From contig JAHPZI010000022.1 of assembly GCA_019058295.1 (NCBI GenBank), positions 26,586 to 90,585 on the forward strand: 64,000 nt of DNA. The letters run 5' to 3'. The notes beneath the pieces were generated by a model, which saw nothing but the letters and a program-made list of their open reading frames with translations, did no database searches and was not told the DNA's origin. Position 1 is the stretch's first letter. Each line of letters starts with the position of its first letter. Shown here piece after piece: positions 63,496 to 64,000 of this stretch. Source of the stretch: Promethearchaeota archaeon. GTDB lineage: Archaea; Asgardarchaeota; Lokiarchaeia; Sigyniarchaeales; SOKP01. The translations under genes were made by a program, and so were the position numbers.

Positions 63496-64000
63496 TTATT
63501 CTTCCATAGACTCATATTCTTGTTTTAACTTAGCAATTTCTTCTTTTTCTTTAGCTTTCTTTTTTGCAAGTTTCGCTTTTTGCTTTTCTAATTTCTTTTC
63601 TTGTTTTTTCTTCTGTTTTAATAACTTTGCTTGCTGTTTCTTTTTCGCCTTCAATTCTTTTAATTCGGTTTTCTCTCTTTCAAGAGCTTCTCTCTCTTGC
63701 TTCTCTATTTCTACTCTTTCTTGCTCAATTCTTTGCTGTTCTTGCCTTTCAGCCTCAATTCTTTCTTGTTCTCTTTGTTTTTTAATTCTTTCTTGTTCTT
63801 CCTTAAGTTTTGCTAATCTCTCTCTTTCTTTCCTTTCTTCTTCCAGTTTTTGCTTTTCTTTTTCAAGTCTCTCTTTTTCTAATCGCTCTCTTTCAAGTCT
63901 CTCTTTTTCAAGTCTCTCTTTTTCTAATCGCTCTTTTTCAAGTCTCTCTTTTTCTAATCGCTCTCTTTCAAGTCTCTCCTTTTCCTCTCTCTCTTCTCTC
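63496..64000 (-). CDS. C-terminal part of a highly charged coiled-coil protein with (KERLE)n repeats; continues past the window end
   Basis: The minus frame ends ...EIAKLKQEYESMEE-stop (TAA complement at 63496-63498). The upstream part translates to E/K/R/L repeats. The plus-strand track ORF 63564..63785 is its antisense shadow. Confidence 0.6.
   Translation of the reverse strand, partial: REEREEKERLERERLEKERLEKERLEKERLEKERLERERLEKERLEKEKQKLEEERKERERLAKLKEEQERIKKQREQERIEAERQEQQRIEQERVEIEKQEREALEREKTELKELKAKKKQQAKLLKQKKKQEKKLEKQKAKLAKKKAKEKEEIAKLKQEYESMEE
63840..64000 (-). repeat. 15-bp tandem coding repeat (two alternating variants)
   Basis: ttcaagtctctcttt and ttctaatcgctcttt alternate. 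Both encode KERLE on the minus strand with different Arg/Leu codons. Confidence 0.8.

Noticed and set aside
63840-64000. Short tandem repeats considered as a CRISPR array
   Set aside because: The period is only 15 bp with no unique spacers, and the repeats sit inside an open reading frame encoding KERLE units.

Overview
This is a visibly AT-rich archaeal chromosome segment. The gene content looks Asgard/Lokiarchaeia-like: Ras-like and Rag/Gtr-like small GTPases, a possible ESCRT-III tail, presenilin, secernin-like C69 peptidase, BI-1, eL33, archaeal/eukaryal-type GlyRS, XPD and GAN/RecJ. It also carries three H4MPT C1-pathway genes (mch, mtd, ftr). All calls come from reading the ORF track and folding RNAs by hand; no searches were run. 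The standout feature is a dense bidirectional array of 27 intron-less tRNA genes at 3718-6749, with 16 on the minus strand and 11 on the plus strand. It covers all 20 amino acids with a near-minimal anticodon set (one U34 tRNA per four-codon box) and no recognisable initiator. The array includes a tRNA-Ile(UAU), and several members deviate at normally invariant positions: C33 in Gln and Asp, A54/A60 in Asp, G55 in Cys, and G1:U72 in five tRNAs. The divergent spacer between the two arms holds a GC-rich structured element and AATGGG direct repeats. Other points are two genes whose conserved N-termini lie upstream of any ATG/GTG/TTG, each with a Shine-Dalgarno-like motif positioned before an ATT or ATA codon. 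There is also a 3695-bp tandem duplication of giant beta-helix surface proteins with conserved ends and a diverged core, and many surface proteins share an acidic-TM-basic C-terminal anchor. I saw no CRISPR array, integrase or transposase.
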